Assembly: GCA_963719515.1 (NCBI GenBank)
Contig: CAVRCJ010000014.1
Location: 215,457 to 279,456, forward strand
Reading direction: 5' to 3'
DNA from: an uncultured cyanobacterium
GTDB lineage: Bacteria; Cyanobacteriota; Cyanobacteriia; CAKZMO01
DNA: 64,000 bases
The notes under the pieces were generated by a model. It did not search any database. It was not told the DNA's origin and worked only from the letters and a program-made list of their open reading frames with translations. A program made the translations under genes and the position numbers. This document shows positions 31,112 through 42,029 of this stretch, piece after piece; the first letter of the stretch is position 1; every line of letters starts with the position of its first letter.

Positions 31112-32308
31112 TCAGTGACTCCCAGCTACCGCTGAGACATTTCCTGAGAGATTAAGGGCTTGATGTCCCACAGCCCTATTCAATAGGTTGATAGCCGCGT
31201 TGTGGTCGCGACAGATCGTTAAGCCGCATGACGGGCAACTATGGACCCGATCGGCCAGCGTCTTTGGTACCCGCTCACCACAACCCGAGCAATCAATGCT
31301 GGTTCCGCGTGGGTTCTCAGCGATGGTCATCTTTCCAGCTTTCGCGGCTTTGAAAGAGCCTATCTCCAAGAATGTACCCCATGCGGCATCAGCGATTGAC
31401 TTTGCCAGTCTGGTTCGAGCAAGTCCTTTGATGTTGAGCTTTTCATGAGCGACAACATCGTACTTTGAAAACAGCCAATCCCACACCTTAGAAAAGAAAT
31501 CACGACGTTGACGCGATATCTTCAGATGCAGTTTGGCGATGCGATTCACCTGCTTACGCCAGCGGTTAGAGCCCTTCTTCTGTCTCGATAGCTGCCGCTG
31601 CAGCTTGGATAGCTGCCGCTCTGAGCGTCGAAAGAACTGAGGGATAGGAACGCTCTCACCGTCACTGGTAACCAAGAAATCCTTCAGCCCAACATCAACA
31701 CCGACAGACTTAGCCCTATCGACATCCGGAGTAAGCATCGGAACGGCATTGTTTTCCAGTAACAGGCTCACATACCAACCATCTGCTTTGCGAGTCACCT
31801 TGGCCGTTTTGACAGTAAACCCATCAGGTATCGGGCGATGAAGGATTAGCTTCACCTGGCCAATCTTAGGCAGGGTAATACGACTTCCATCGATGCAGTC
31901 AGGTTTCATCTGCGGGAACGTGAACGTCCTGTAGCGCCCCGCGCCTTTGAACCGAGGCTTGCCGCTACGCTTACCGTTTTTATCACCTTTGATGAAACGC
32001 TCGAACGTCTGCTTTACCTGCTTCGTCACCTCCTGAAGCGCTTGTGAATGCAAATCCTTGTACCAGGGTCGCTCTCGCTTGAGAGGCACTAGGCTAGCCT
32101 TCTGGCTGTAGTAATTAGGATTATCTTTGAGTGGCGCAAGGCTACAGGTGAGTGGGCAGGCGTTGACCGAACAGCGGTTCATCTCCCACCAGTCGAATCG
32201 CTCAGCCAGCAACCAGTTGTACTGTGCCCGAAGCATATCTAGCCATCGGGTCATGGTAACCGTTTGCTCAGCCGCTGGACGCAACTTGTACTGATGAGTG
32301 ACTTTCAT
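31112..32308 (-). CDS. tnpB: RNA-guided endonuclease TnpB
   Basis: HTH_OrfB N-terminus; RuvC D (GVDVG), E (HEKL), D (RDHNAAIN); CSGC/CPSC zinc ribbon. Confidence 0.92.
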   Translation of the reverse strand: MKVTHQYKLRPAAEQTVTMTRWLDMLRAQYNWLLAERFDWWEMNRCSVNACPLTCSLAPLKDNPNYYSQKASLVPLKRERPWYKDLHSQALQEVTKQVKQTFERFIKGDKNGKRSGKPRFKGAGRYRTFTFPQMKPDCIDGSRITLPKIGQVKLILHRPIPDGFTVKTAKVTRKADGWYVSLLLENNAVPMLTPDVDRAKSVGVDVGLKDFLVTSDGESVPIPQFFRRSERQLSKLQRQLSRQKKGSNRWRKQVNRIAKLHLKISRQRRDFFSKVWDWLFSKYDVVAHEKLNIKGLARTRLAKSIADAAWGTFLEIGSFKAAKAGKMTIAENPRGTSIDCSGCGERVPKTLADRVHSCPSCGLTICRDHNAAINLLNRAVGHQALNLSGNVSAVAGSH

Positions 32309-32341
32309 GCAATAATGATAGCATATTGACATCAGAACGAC

Positions 32342-32524
32342 ATGCAGCAAATAACTATTAGAGCCGCTGACAGAGAAAAGCAGCATCTTGACAAGTATTG
32401 TGAGATGACCGAAAGAACTATCAACGATGTCCTTAGGGAGTACATCCGAAGTTTGGCCGTCTCCGGGGCATTGAGCCCCATCGACGACCGCGACTCTCAT
32501 CCCGACGCTCACCCTGACGGGTAG
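32342..32524 (+). CDS. Small ribbon-helix-helix (CopG-like) protein inside the IS
   Basis: MQQITIR...EKQHLDKYC..TERT.NDVLREYIRSL has a beta-alpha-alpha pattern. Confidence 0.65.
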   Translation: MQQITIRAADREKQHLDKYCEMTERTINDVLREYIRSLAVSGALSPIDDRDSHPDAHPDG

Positions 32525-32548
32525 AGCGCGGGGCTTCCTGTCTAGTAG

Positions 32549-33091
32549 CTAACCTTGAGCCTCGGCCTGAGGTGAGGAGGACGGCACCACGTAGAGTACG
32601 CCCGAGATGACCGTGAGGGCAACAGCCGCCCAAAAGGTGACCACCGCGATGGTCTGCCCTGCGGGGGGTAGCGGGGCCAAGAGGAGGGCGATCGCCCCAA
32701 TCTGGCTCACCGTTTTCAGCTTGCCCCAAATGTTGGCTCCGCTGATTTTGGTGCGGTTGACCCGCCAGCCGGCGATGGTCAGCTCCCGCGCTAAGATAAC
32801 GCTGACGCCCCAAGCTGGGACGCTGCCCATTTCAATCAGCGCCAAGAGGACACAGAGCACTAGCAGCTTATCGACTAGGGGATCAAGGAACTTGCCCAGA
32901 TCGGTGACCTGGTTCATGCGGCGTGCGAGGTAGCCATCTAGCCAATCGGTTGCCGCCACGATTAAGAAAATTGCGACGCTCCACCAGCGCGCGGTTGGAG
33001 TCGGGTGCAGCAGCAGCACCAAGATAATTGGGATACCGAACAGCCGCGAGATTGTAATCCAGCTGGCTAGCGTGATGGCCGGAGCAGTCAT
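32549..33091 (-). CDS. pgsA: CDP-diacylglycerol--glycerol-3-phosphate 3-phosphatidyltransferase
   Basis: TDWLDGYLARR..QVTDLGKFLDPLVDK; GKLKTVSQ. Confidence 0.93.
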   Translation of the reverse strand: MTAPAITLASWITISRLFGIPIILVLLLHPTPTARWWSVAIFLIVAATDWLDGYLARRMNQVTDLGKFLDPLVDKLLVLCVLLALIEMGSVPAWGVSVILARELTIAGWRVNRTKISGANIWGKLKTVSQIGAIALLLAPLPPAGQTIAVVTFWAAVALTVISGVLYVVPSSSPQAEAQG

Positions 33092-33198
33092 AGGTCTTGT
33101 TGGGTGAAGAGGATCACCCTATTGTCCAGCAAGCGCTGCAGGATGAAACCTACTACAGGTTAGACATTTTGCCTCGCCGTCAGCGCGCCGCTGGTCTA

Positions 33199-33882
33199 CT
33201 AATACGCGCCGTCGACTCTCACCACAGCCCCAATTGTCTTCCACAAGATGTGGAGGTCATACCAGAGCGACCATTTCTCCTGGTAGGCCAGATCTAACTT
33301 GACAATGTCCTCGAAGTCTTCGACGCGCGATCGTCCGCTGACCTGCCACTCTCCGGTAATGCCCGGTTTCACCTGGAGACGCTGCCAGTGGTGAGGCTCG
33401 TATTGGCAGACTTCATCTGGCGTGGGGGGACGGGTGCCCACCAAACTCATCTCTCCCTTCAGCACGTTCCAGAGCTGAGGCAGCTCATCTAGGCTCGTCT
33501 TACGGATGAAGCGGCCCACCCTAGTGACGCGGGGATCGCGATCGTTTTTGAAGATGAAGCCTTTGGCCTGGTTGAGAACCTGGTGTTTGAGCTGGTCTGC
33601 ATCAACGACCATGGAGCGAAACTTTCCCATCAAAAACGGCTTGCCGTTGAGACCACATCGAGTCTGCCAGTAAAACACCGGTCCAGGGTCGTCAAACTGG
33701 ATGGCTACGGCAACGATTAGCCCGATGGGCAAAGCGATCGCCAGACCCACTAGCGCTCCTACCACATCAATCAGCCGCTTTACTTTGCTGGTAATGGAGG
33801 GATGGGCCGGGGCTAGAAGCGCCATATCAGCCCTATGGTGGGATGTGCAAACGGAACCATCAGAACTAGAGCTAGTAACCAC
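33199..33882 (-). CDS. Bacterial sugar transferase (priming glycosyltransferase)
   Basis: KFRSMV, DPRVTRVGRFIRKTSLDELPQ, VKPGITG.WQVSGRS; start uncertain. Confidence 0.9.
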   Translation of the reverse strand: MVTSSSSDGSVCTSHHRADMALLAPAHPSITSKVKRLIDVVGALVGLAIALPIGLIVAVAIQFDDPGPVFYWQTRCGLNGKPFLMGKFRSMVVDADQLKHQVLNQAKGFIFKNDRDPRVTRVGRFIRKTSLDELPQLWNVLKGEMSLVGTRPPTPDEVCQYEPHHWQRLQVKPGITGEWQVSGRSRVEDFEDIVKLDLAYQEKWSLWYDLHILWKTIGAVVRVDGAY

Positions 33883-34113
33883 GACTTAACCTCTGATAGA
33901 TCAAATGCCGCCAACTCTATGCGGTAGCATTGGCTGCTCACCTATCCAAGAATATACGGAGCTACTATGGAAGTGAAAAGGCCGATGGCGCTCCCTTTAT
34001 CTAATCTTTAGCCCTTCTATGCCGCAGATGAACGTGGGAAAAACTTCAGTTTTACAGCAGTTTCTCGCGGGTTACGACTCCCTGCGCGATCGCTGTATCT
34101 GTATTAAAAAGCA

Positions 34114-34503
34114 CTAGGCTGCGCAGATTTGGAGCGAGAGGCGACCTAGAAGCTGCGCGATCGCATCAACGCTAAAGGGTTTGATGAGGTACTCATCGAC
34201 TCCGGCATGGTATGCCGCTTTTCGCCTGCTGACATCGTCATAGGCCGTCATCATAACAACGGGAGTTAGGGTCTGCTGTGCCCGCAGCCGCTGGCAGATT
34301 TCTAGTCCCGAAAGCTGAGGCAGATTCCAGTCGAGAACCACCAGATCGAACCACTGCGTCATCAGAGCGTTTAGACCCTCCGGACCGCTGTGGGCTATGG
34401 TGACATCGTATCCCGCATCTTGAAGCTCTAGAGAAAGGCACTGTGCCAGTCGGAGTTCGTCTTCAATCACTAGGACGCAGGGTCTTGCTGTGCGCATCTG
34501 CAT
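34114..34503 (-). CDS. Single-domain response regulator
   Basis: VIEDE, LDWNLP..SG, TA, KPF receiver motifs. Confidence 0.88.
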   Translation of the reverse strand: MQMRTARPCVLVIEDELRLAQCLSLELQDAGYDVTIAHSGPEGLNALMTQWFDLVVLDWNLPQLSGLEICQRLRAQQTLTPVVMMTAYDDVSRRKAAYHAGVDEYLIKPFSVDAIAQLLGRLSLQICAA

Positions 34504-34721
34504 GGACGGTCTCCTCAACTGTTTCTATGTTGACTGGCTAAGCTGAATCTCTTCCCTCAGCGCGCTGAGAAGACCCTAAGAATTATGCGACAGGTAAAAA
34601 GCGACGGGCGGGAGCCGTGGGCACCGATCCGCAAACTGGCCGTATTGCTTGGGCAAGCGTCAAACAGATATTGATACAGTCAGTGAAGACTCCCCCACGC
34701 CACTTTCCCTGAACTAAGCTT

Positions 34722-36128
34722 ATGACTGCTGCTGATCTGACCAAACTGACAGCTCTAGAACAGGCTCAACTCATTCGTACCCGGCAGCTCTCCCCGGTAA
34801 CGCTCACGCAGCACTACCTCAAGCGAATTGAGCACATCGATCCTCAGTTGAACAGCTATGTAACGGTCACAGAAGAGTCTGCTCTTGAGCAGGCGCAGTC
34901 AGCGGCAGCCCGTCTCAGCAGCCCCTCCGGCGATCTGCCCCCCTTTTTTGGCGTTCCCATCGCGATCAAAGACCTATCCCCAGTCGAGGGAGTCCGGTTT
35001 ACTTTGGGCTGCGCGGCGCTCAAGGACAACGTCGCAGCCTTCGATAGCGCTATTGTGGCCCACCTCAAGCGGGCCGGTTTCGTCCTCCTCGGCAAAACCG
35101 CAACCCCAGAACTGGGGACGCTCCCCTACACCGAACCCCCCGGCTTCCCCCCCACGCGTAACCCTTGGAACCCAGGCTATACGCCGGGAGGTTCGAGCGG
35201 CGGGGCCGCAGCGGCGGTTGCGGCAGGGCTAGCTCCCATCGCTCAGGGATCTGATGGGGGAGGGTCAATTCGAGGACCGGCACATTGCTGCGGGCTAGTG
35301 GGTATCAAGCCCGCTAGAGGGAGAGTTTCCGCTGCGCCCTTGGGCTATACCCCCGGCAGTATTGCCACAGGAGGACCGCTGGCCCGGACGGTGGCGGATG
35401 CTGCTGCATTTTTGGATGTCGTCGAAGGCTACGTCCCTGGCGATCCCTATTGGCTGCCCTCTCCCCAGCCCTCATTCGAAGCGATCGCCCGCCAGGGCGC
35501 TCAGGGCGACGTTGTGCCTAAGCGGGTGGGTCTGCTGACAGAGTTTAAGGCGATTAGGCCCACCCACCCCGACTGCTTAAAGCCCGTCCTGGAAACGGCG
35601 CGCCGCCTAGAGGCCCTGGGCCATACTGTGGAGCCCATCGACGCCGAGCTGAACTGCGGCGACCTCATAGACCCGTTTACGGTGGTGTTTCGCTCTGGCA
35701 TTGGCGCGGCGGGTATTCCGGCTGAAGCGCTGAGCCCTATGAATCAGTGGTTTCTCAATCATCAAGACTTAGCGGGGGAATTCCTCAGCGCACTGTGGAA
35801 AATGCAGGGGGTTGCGCGGCGGCTGGTGCAGCAGCTCAGTCCATTTGATGTGGTGCTCTTGCCCACGTACCTGCATCCGACGATTCGGGTGGGGGAATGG
35901 GCCGCGCTAGAGCCCGAAGCCGTTCTGGCTAAGGTGTTGGAGTGGATTTTTCCCTGTCCGCTGTTCAACGCCACGGGGCAGCCGGTGGTGTCCTTGCCGG
36001 TGAGCCTTGATGGCAATGGGCTTCCTGTCGGGGTACAGCTCGTGGGGCGCCCAGCGGATGAGGCCACGCTGATTGCGATCGCAGCCCAGCTAGAAGCGGC
36101 ACATCCTTGGACCCATATGGCTCTGTAG
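34722..36128 (+). CDS. Amidase signature family protein
   Basis: GVPIAIKDL, GGSSGGAAAAVAAG, GSDGGGSIRGPA. Confidence 0.92.
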   Translation: MTAADLTKLTALEQAQLIRTRQLSPVTLTQHYLKRIEHIDPQLNSYVTVTEESALEQAQSAAARLSSPSGDLPPFFGVPIAIKDLSPVEGVRFTLGCAALKDNVAAFDSAIVAHLKRAGFVLLGKTATPELGTLPYTEPPGFPPTRNPWNPGYTPGGSSGGAAAAVAAGLAPIAQGSDGGGSIRGPAHCCGLVGIKPARGRVSAAPLGYTPGSIATGGPLARTVADAAAFLDVVEGYVPGDPYWLPSPQPSFEAIARQGAQGDVVPKRVGLLTEFKAIRPTHPDCLKPVLETARRLEALGHTVEPIDAELNCGDLIDPFTVVFRSGIGAAGIPAEALSPMNQWFLNHQDLAGEFLSALWKMQGVARRLVQQLSPFDVVLLPTYLHPTIRVGEWAALEPEAVLAKVLEWIFPCPLFNATGQPVVSLPVSLDGNGLPVGVQLVGRPADEATLIAIAAQLEAAHPWTHMAL

Positions 36129-36365
36129 TTCAGGCTCTATGGGCTCAAGCGAGACGAGGGCCATGACCCGCATCTTGCTGCCGTCTGCTGGGCCACTGTG
36201 ACGATTATCACGGCCTACAGGGACTAAGGGCACAAACCTGCATCCGAAATCTTGCGGATGATAGGTGAAGCTATAGATATCACCTGAGCCGGAAGGATTC
36301 CAAAAAAGCCCCCAAATGGAAGCCAACTGTCAGCTGATATCTCGAGTACCCCTTAGGCAAGTGTC

Positions 36366-36396
36366 CAGCCCCCCGATGTCAGACATCTGGGGGCTG
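36366..36396. terminator. Stem-loop downstream of carB
   Basis: CAGCCCCC..GATGTC / GACATC..GGGGGCTG. Confidence 0.5.
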
Positions 36397-36400
36397 TTTC

Positions 36401-39400
36401 TTACCCAAAAGACGAGCCAATGTAATCCTGAATAGCCTTAACGCTCAGCAGCTGGGACTGCAAAGAGCGAATCGCCGCTGTCGCGGCCTTCCCCCCCGCG
36501 ATGGTGGTGATGGTGGGAATTTTGTAGACCAGTGCCGTTCGCCGAATCAGGCGATCGTCTACCTGCGCCCGCTCCCCAATCGGCGTGTTGAGCACTAGCT
36601 GAATCGCGCCGTTTTTCATCTCATCTACGATATTGGGGCGGCCCTCATGCACCTTGAGCACGGGGTCAACAGCCAGATTGTTCTCCTGAAGCACAGCTTG
36701 GGTTCCCGCCGTGGCCACGATGGTGAAGCCGAGATCGATCAAGTCTTTGACCACCGGCACCACTGCCTGCTTGTTGCGATCGTTCATAGAGACAAACACG
36801 GTGCCCTTTAGGGGCAGCTTTTGAGAGGCAGCCAGTTCTGCTTTGGCAAAGGCCGTCCCAAACTCGGTATCTATTCCCATCACTTCCCCGGTGGAGCGCA
36901 TTTCAGGCCCCAGCAGGGTATCTGTACCCGCAAACTTCTCAAAGGGGAATACGGCCTCTTTGACGGCCACATGATTAGGAATCACCTCTTGGGTGAAATT
37001 CAACTCCTGTAGGGACTGGCCTGCCATAGCGCGGACCGCCATCTTCGCCAGAGGAACACCGATCGCCTTAGAGACGAAGGGTACCGTGCGAGAAGCTCGG
37101 GGGTTGGCCTCTAGGATATAGACGCTGCTCCCCTGAACCGCAAATTGGATATTCATCAGGCCCACCACGTTCAGCGCTTGGGCAAGCTGGATAGTCCAGG
37201 CGCGGATGGTGTCTAGCGCCTCGCGGGGCAGGGAGATGGTAGGGATGGAGCAGGCCGAATCGCCCGAGTGGATGCCCGCTTGCTCGATGTGCTCCATGAT
37301 GCCGCCGATGACAACCTGGCCCGTTTGATCGGCGATCGCGTCCACATCTACCTCGATAGCGTTGGCCAAAAACTTGTCGATCAAGATGGGGTGGTCAGGC
37401 TCGATCTGTACCGCATAGGTCATGTAGCGCTCTAGATCCGCGTCGGAGTAGACGATTTCCATAGCCCGTCCCCCCAGCACGTAGCTGGGCCGCACCATCA
37501 CCGGGTAGTCGATTTGGCGAGCAACCTTTTGGGCCTCCTCGGTGCTGCGAGCAATGCCGTTGGGAGGCTGCTTGATGTCCAGCTTGCGCAAGATCTGCTC
37601 AAACCGCTCCCGATCCTCCGCCATGTCAATAGAGTCGGGACTAGTGCCCCAAATCTTAGTGTTTTTAGGGGCCTGCTCGGTCTCTAGATAGCGCTGCAGC
37701 GACATCGCCAGCTTCAAGGGCGTTTGCCCCCCAAACTGGATGATGATGCCCTCGGGCTGCTCCGCCTCAATAATATTGAGCACGTCTTCCTGGGTGAGCG
37801 GCTCAAAGTAGAGGCGATCGCTGGTGTCGTAGTCGGTGGAGACCGTCTCCGGGTTGGAATTAACCATGATCGTCTCCATGTCGTCCTCTCGTAGGGCGTA
37901 GGAGGCGTGGCAGCAGCAGTAGTCAAACTCGATGCCCTGGCCAATGCGGTTGGGGCCGCCGCCCAAAATCATCACCTTGCGGCGGCTGGAGGCCAAGACC
38001 TCGGTTTCGGTGACGGCGATGATTTCTTCATCTGGATCGCCCACCTGTTCTACGGGTCGCTCGTAGGTGGAGTAGTAGTAAGGAGTCAGGGCCTCAAATT
38101 CTGCGGCGCAGGTGTCTACGGTTTTGTAGACGGGCGTCACGCCCAGCTGCTGCCGGGTGGCTCGCACCGTCAGCTCGTCGATCTTAGTGGCGTAGGCAAT
38201 CTGGCGATCGCTAAAGCCCAGCTGCTTCACCATCAGCATTTGGTCCGCCGTGATGTTATTCAGGGGCGTGCGCTTCAGCAGCTTCTCGGCGTCCAAAAGC
38301 TCCTTGAGCTTGCCCAAAAACCAGGGATCAATGGCCGTCAGCTCGTAGATTTCCTCAATGTCCATTCCCATCTGCAGGGCGTGGCGCACGGCGAAGATGC
38401 GGTCTGGGCTAGGGGTTCGCAGCCGAGAGCGAATCTGGGCGAGGTTGGGTAACTTCTCATCGCGATCGCAGCCCCAGCCCGCCCGGCCCGTCTCCAGAGA
38501 GCGCATCGCTTTTTGAAACGATTCCTGAAAGGTGCGGCCAATGGCCATGGCCTCGCCCACCGACTTCATTTGGGTGGTGAGGATTTCTTGAGTCCCTGGG
38601 AACTTCTCGAAGGCGAAGCGGGGAATTTTGGTGACCACGTAGTCGATGGTGGGCTCAAAGCTGGCCGGAGTCTTCTTGGTGATGTCGTTAGGAATTTCAT
38701 CTAGGGTGTAGCCCACCGCCAGCTTGGCGGCAAATTTAGCAATAGGAAACCCGGTGGCCTTAGAGGCCAAAGCCGAGCTGCGGGATACCCTGGGGTTCAT
38801 CTCAATGACCACCACCTCCCCCGTGTCGGGGTTGACGGCAAACTGAATGTTAGACCCACCGGTCTCAACGCCAATCTCTCGAATGATGCGAATAGAGGCA
38901 TCCCGCAGCCGCTGGTATTCTTTGTCGGTGAGGGTTTGGGCGGGAGCTACCGTAATTGAGTCCCCGGTGTGAATGCCCATGGGATCCAAGTTCTCAATGG
39001 AGCAGATGATCACCACATTGTCGGCCAAATCCCGCATCACCTCCAGCTCGTACTCTTTCCACCCTAGCAGCGACTGCTCGACTAGAATCTGCGACATTGG
39101 GCTGGCGTCGAGACCCGACTGAGAGATCTCCTCAAACTCCTCCTGGTTATAGGCAATGCCGCCCCCCGAGCCCCCCATCGTAAAAGCAGGACGGATAATC
39201 AGGGGATAGCTCCCAATACGAGCGCCAATTTCTCGCGCCTCCTGCATGGTGTGAGCCAACCCCGACGGGCACACCCCAACGCCAATGCGCTCCATAGCCT
39301 CTTTAAAAAGCTTGCGGTCCTCCGCCATCTCAATGGCGTCTAGCTTTGCTCCAATCAGCTCTACGCCATGCTTCTCTAGCACGCCCGTTTTAGCCAGGGT

Positions 39401-39700
39401 CACCGCTAGGTTGAGAGCGGTCTGTCCTCCCATGGTCGGCAGCAGCGCGTCGGGCTTTTCCGCCTCGATGACCTTCTCTACGATCTCCGGCGTCAGCGGC
39501 TCGATGTAGGTGCGATTGGCGGTCTCCGGATCCGTCATGATGGTTGCGGGATTGGAGTTGACCAGCACGACTTCAAAGCCTTCTTCCCGCAGCGCCTTGC
39601 AGGCCTGAGTGCCCGAATAGTCGAACTCACAGGCCTGTCCGATGACGATAGGTCCAGAGCCGATGAGTAGAATTTTGTGAATGTCAGTGCGACGCGGCAT
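36401..39700 (-). CDS. carB: Carbamoyl-phosphate synthase large subunit
   Basis: [28 protein letters not shown]; duplicated ATP-grasp domains; MGS C-terminus. Confidence 0.98.
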   Translation of the reverse strand: MPRRTDIHKILLIGSGPIVIGQACEFDYSGTQACKALREEGFEVVLVNSNPATIMTDPETANRTYIEPLTPEIVEKVIEAEKPDALLPTMGGQTALNLAVTLAKTGVLEKHGVELIGAKLDAIEMAEDRKLFKEAMERIGVGVCPSGLAHTMQEAREIGARIGSYPLIIRPAFTMGGSGGGIAYNQEEFEEISQSGLDASPMSQILVEQSLLGWKEYELEVMRDLADNVVIICSIENLDPMGIHTGDSITVAPAQTLTDKEYQRLRDASIRIIREIGVETGGSNIQFAVNPDTGEVVVIEMNPRVSRSSALASKATGFPIAKFAAKLAVGYTLDEIPNDITKKTPASFEPTIDYVVTKIPRFAFEKFPGTQEILTTQMKSVGEAMAIGRTFQESFQKAMRSLETGRAGWGCDRDEKLPNLAQIRSRLRTPSPDRIFAVRHALQMGMDIEEIYELTAIDPWFLGKLKELLDAEKLLKRTPLNNITADQMLMVKQLGFSDRQIAYATKIDELTVRATRQQLGVTPVYKTVDTCAAEFEALTPYYYSTYERPVEQVGDPDEEIIAVTETEVLASSRRKVMILGGGPNRIGQGIEFDYCCCHASYALREDDMETIMVNSNPETVSTDYDTSDRLYFEPLTQEDVLNIIEAEQPEGIIIQFGGQTPLKLAMSLQRYLETEQAPKNTKIWGTSPDSIDMAEDRERFEQILRKLDIKQPPNGIARSTEEAQKVARQIDYPVMVRPSYVLGGRAMEIVYSDADLERYMTYAVQIEPDHPILIDKFLANAIEVDVDAIADQTGQVVIGGIMEHIEQAGIHSGDSACSIPTISLPREALDTIRAWTIQLAQALNVVGLMNIQFAVQGSSVYILEANPRASRTVPFVSKAIGVPLAKMAVRAMAGQSLQELNFTQEVIPNHVAVKEAVFPFEKFAGTDTLLGPEMRSTGEVMGIDTEFGTAFAKAELAASQKLPLKGTVFVSMNDRNKQAVVPVVKDLIDLGFTIVATAGTQAVLQENNLAVDPVLKVHEGRPNIVDEMKNGAIQLVLNTPIGERAQVDDRLIRRTALVYKIPTITTIAGGKAATAAIRSLQSQLLSVKAIQDYIGSSFG

Positions 39701-39993
39701 AGACGTATCTCGTGAGTAGCCTTTGAAAGTCGCCCTTATTGTAGAGGGTTTCTTCCCCCAGATTGCATCTAAATCGCGCCCAGATCGCGGCGATGCCCCT
39801 AAATCCCAACATTCGTTGACCTAGAGATGTCCAAGAGAAAGCTCGCAAAAGTAATGAAAACAAATGCCGTTAGCCCAACACAGAGCGACAGATTCAGATT
39901 GCTCACACTTGACAGTCAAATTCAGCTTGCGTAAACAGCATCACACCAGTATTGACTAGAAATCAGGCTTGCTGACTGAAGCGCTGCGTTTGT

Positions 39994-40008
39994 TGACAAC
40001 GATTATCA
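39994..40008. promoter_or_regulatory. Candidate Fur box
   Basis: TGACAAC-G-ATTATCA, two mismatches to the 7-1-7 consensus TGATAAT-N-ATTATCA, about 135 bp upstream of an iron-binding protein gene. Confidence 0.6.
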
Positions 40009-40142
40009 ACTTGTCTATAGTCGAAATCGTTGGGCTAGTTGGCAAAAATTTTCAATAAGCTTTGATGAGCTCTAGCCCGGTAGCAAGAATACGACTGCAG
40101 TATTTCTTTCAGTAGTTTCAGTAAAAGGAGTAACGGCGAGTA

Positions 40143-41207
40143 ATGATTACCAAGCGTTATGCGATCGCAGCAGCTGTACTAGCGGCCACCGTAGCCAGCT
40201 GTACAAGCTCTTCAGCCCCCCCCACCGGTTCGCCCTCCGCTGAGGGGAGTGGCGATGGCGTCGTCAACGTCTATTCTTCACGTCACTATGACACCGACGA
40301 CCAAGTCTACGACAGCTTCACCGAGGAGACAGGCATCGAGGTCAACCTCATTGAGGGTGATGCCGATGAGCTAATCAGCCGCCTAGAAAGTGAGGGGAGC
40401 AATAGCCCTGGGGACGTTTTCATCACCGTTGATGCCAGCCGACTCTGGCGAGCTGAAGAGGCGGGTCTATTCCAGCCCACTAGCTCCGAGACCCTAGAAG
40501 ACTCTATCCCCGAAGCTTTGCAGCACCCGGATGGCCTCTGGTTTGGCCTTACCCAGCGCGCCAGGGTAATTGTATATAATCTAGACAAAGTAGCTCCCAG
40601 CGATATCTCTACCTACGAAGACCTTGCCCTGCCGGAGTGGCAGGGGCGCGTCTGCATTCGTAGCTCATCTAATATCTACAACCAGTCGCTGCTCGGCTCG
40701 ATGATCGAGTCTGAGGGAGTTGAGGAAACCGAGGCCTGGGCCGATGGACTAGTGGACAACCTAGCCCGAGAGCCAGAGGGGGGAGATACGGACCAAATTA
40801 AGGCCGTGGCGGCAGGGCAGTGCGACGTGGCTGTGGTGAATCACTACTACTGGGCACGGTTGGCGAAGTCGGAAGACGCCACAGAGCAGGCGATCGCTGA
40901 GCAAACAGGGATTATTTTCCCTAATCAAGGCGATCGCGGCACCCACATCAACATCAGCGGAGCCGGGGTTTTGGCAAATGCACCCCATCCGGAAAACGCG
41001 GTGGCGTTCATTGAGTATCTGGTCAGCCCCGAAGCCCAAGAGACGTTTGCAGTGGGCAACAATGAGTATCCTGCCCTAGAAGGGGTCGCAGTCGATGATG
41101 TTGTTGCCGAGCTAGGGGACTTTAAGCGGGACACCGTGAATGTCAGTGCCTATGGCCGCAACAACCCTGAGGCTATCAAGCTATCAGACCGCGTTGGCTG
41201 GAAGTAA
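40143..41207 (+). CDS. futA: Fe(III) ABC transporter substrate-binding lipoprotein (FutA/IdiA)
   Basis: Lipobox VASC; VNVYSSRHYDTD, CIRSSSNIYNQSL, NHYY, GTHINISG. Confidence 0.92.
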   Translation: MITKRYAIAAAVLAATVASCTSSSAPPTGSPSAEGSGDGVVNVYSSRHYDTDDQVYDSFTEETGIEVNLIEGDADELISRLESEGSNSPGDVFITVDASRLWRAEEAGLFQPTSSETLEDSIPEALQHPDGLWFGLTQRARVIVYNLDKVAPSDISTYEDLALPEWQGRVCIRSSSNIYNQSLLGSMIESEGVEETEAWADGLVDNLAREPEGGDTDQIKAVAAGQCDVAVVNHYYWARLAKSEDATEQAIAEQTGIIFPNQGDRGTHINISGAGVLANAPHPENAVAFIEYLVSPEAQETFAVGNNEYPALEGVAVDDVVAELGDFKRDTVNVSAYGRNNPEAIKLSDRVGWK

Positions 41208-41226
41208 TCCTTTAGCTTCCTCAGAG

Positions 41227-41269
41227 TTCACCAGCGATCGGCTCTATGTCAGCGCCGATCGCTGGTGAA
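41227..41269. terminator. 16-bp perfect stem between convergent genes
   Basis: TTCACCAGCGATCGGC / GCCGATCGCTGGTGAA; loop contains the stop codon of the minus-strand gene. Confidence 0.6.
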
Positions 41270-41738
41270 TGTCTTCTGCTACCCGTTTGAGTCGCCGCAG
41301 CTGGGCCTGCATATCCTGGCTAGTCCAGCCAGCGGCGAACCAGTTAAATCCTGCATTGACTAAGGGATTGGGAACCCGAAATTCAAATCGATTCACCAGC
41401 AGCGTGCCGTTAGATTGGGGAAAGCACTCCCAGCGATCGCGCCCTTTGAAAAACCCGTCAAACTGCCAGACGATCAGCCCTGGCTCCCGCCGCGCCACCA
41501 CACTTTTCAGCGTTGGGCGGACGAGCGGTACCTGAATCACAAAGCGGCAGCGACTGCCTACAGCCGTGCTCCATAGCCCAATAGGCTCACACTGTAGGGC
41601 AGGATTGAGCCAGCGATGCATGAGGTCTAACTCGCTAAAGCACCGCTCTACCGTCGTGGCGCTCGCTCGAATTAAGATCTCGTTTTCGATCCGCTGAGGG
41701 GCCGACTGCTTGGAGGACTGTTCCATACCGCAATTCAT
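41244..41738 (-). CDS. SRPBCC family protein
   Basis: LMHRWLNP.L.CEP.G.W, F.GFFKGRDRWEC, DMQAQLRRLK. Confidence 0.75.
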   Translation of the reverse strand: MNCGMEQSSKQSAPQRIENEILIRASATTVERCFSELDLMHRWLNPALQCEPIGLWSTAVGSRCRFVIQVPLVRPTLKSVVARREPGLIVWQFDGFFKGRDRWECFPQSNGTLLVNRFEFRVPNPLVNAGFNWFAAGWTSQDMQAQLRRLKRVAEDIHQRSALT

Positions 41739-42029
41739 ACCGGTGTCTATTGCTACTCTAACGAAATTCTGAGGCGGCCTCAGGAGCCGACCCCACCTCT
41801 AGACGCGATGCTAAAGGTGGGCCATATGTCACAACCTGTGAACAAACCGACAGATAAATGGTTCAATAAGCAATCCGTAGGGAAGAATTCTGCCTTGATC
41901 TGTTAAATCCCGTGTGAAGATCCGCTCAATCTATAGGAAAATGCACGTGGTCGCTGTGGGCTGGACCGGCTAAACCTGGATCCATCCTGACTTTCGATCT
42001 GATGCATCCATATAGTGAAGAGAACTCAC

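Larger units (their letters stand above)
31066..32540 (-). mobile_element. IS200/IS605-family (tnpB-only, IS1341-like) element
   Basis: Right end TCAC at 31066-31069 (minus strand); related subterminal hairpins CCCGACGCT...AGCGCGGG at about 31075-31106 and 32501-32533; left boundary approximate. Confidence 0.85.

Noticed and set aside
31112..32512. Long upstream extensions of TnpB ORFs (also 49962-51215)
   Set aside because: They overlap the divergent RHH genes; conserved starts are at 32308 and 51086
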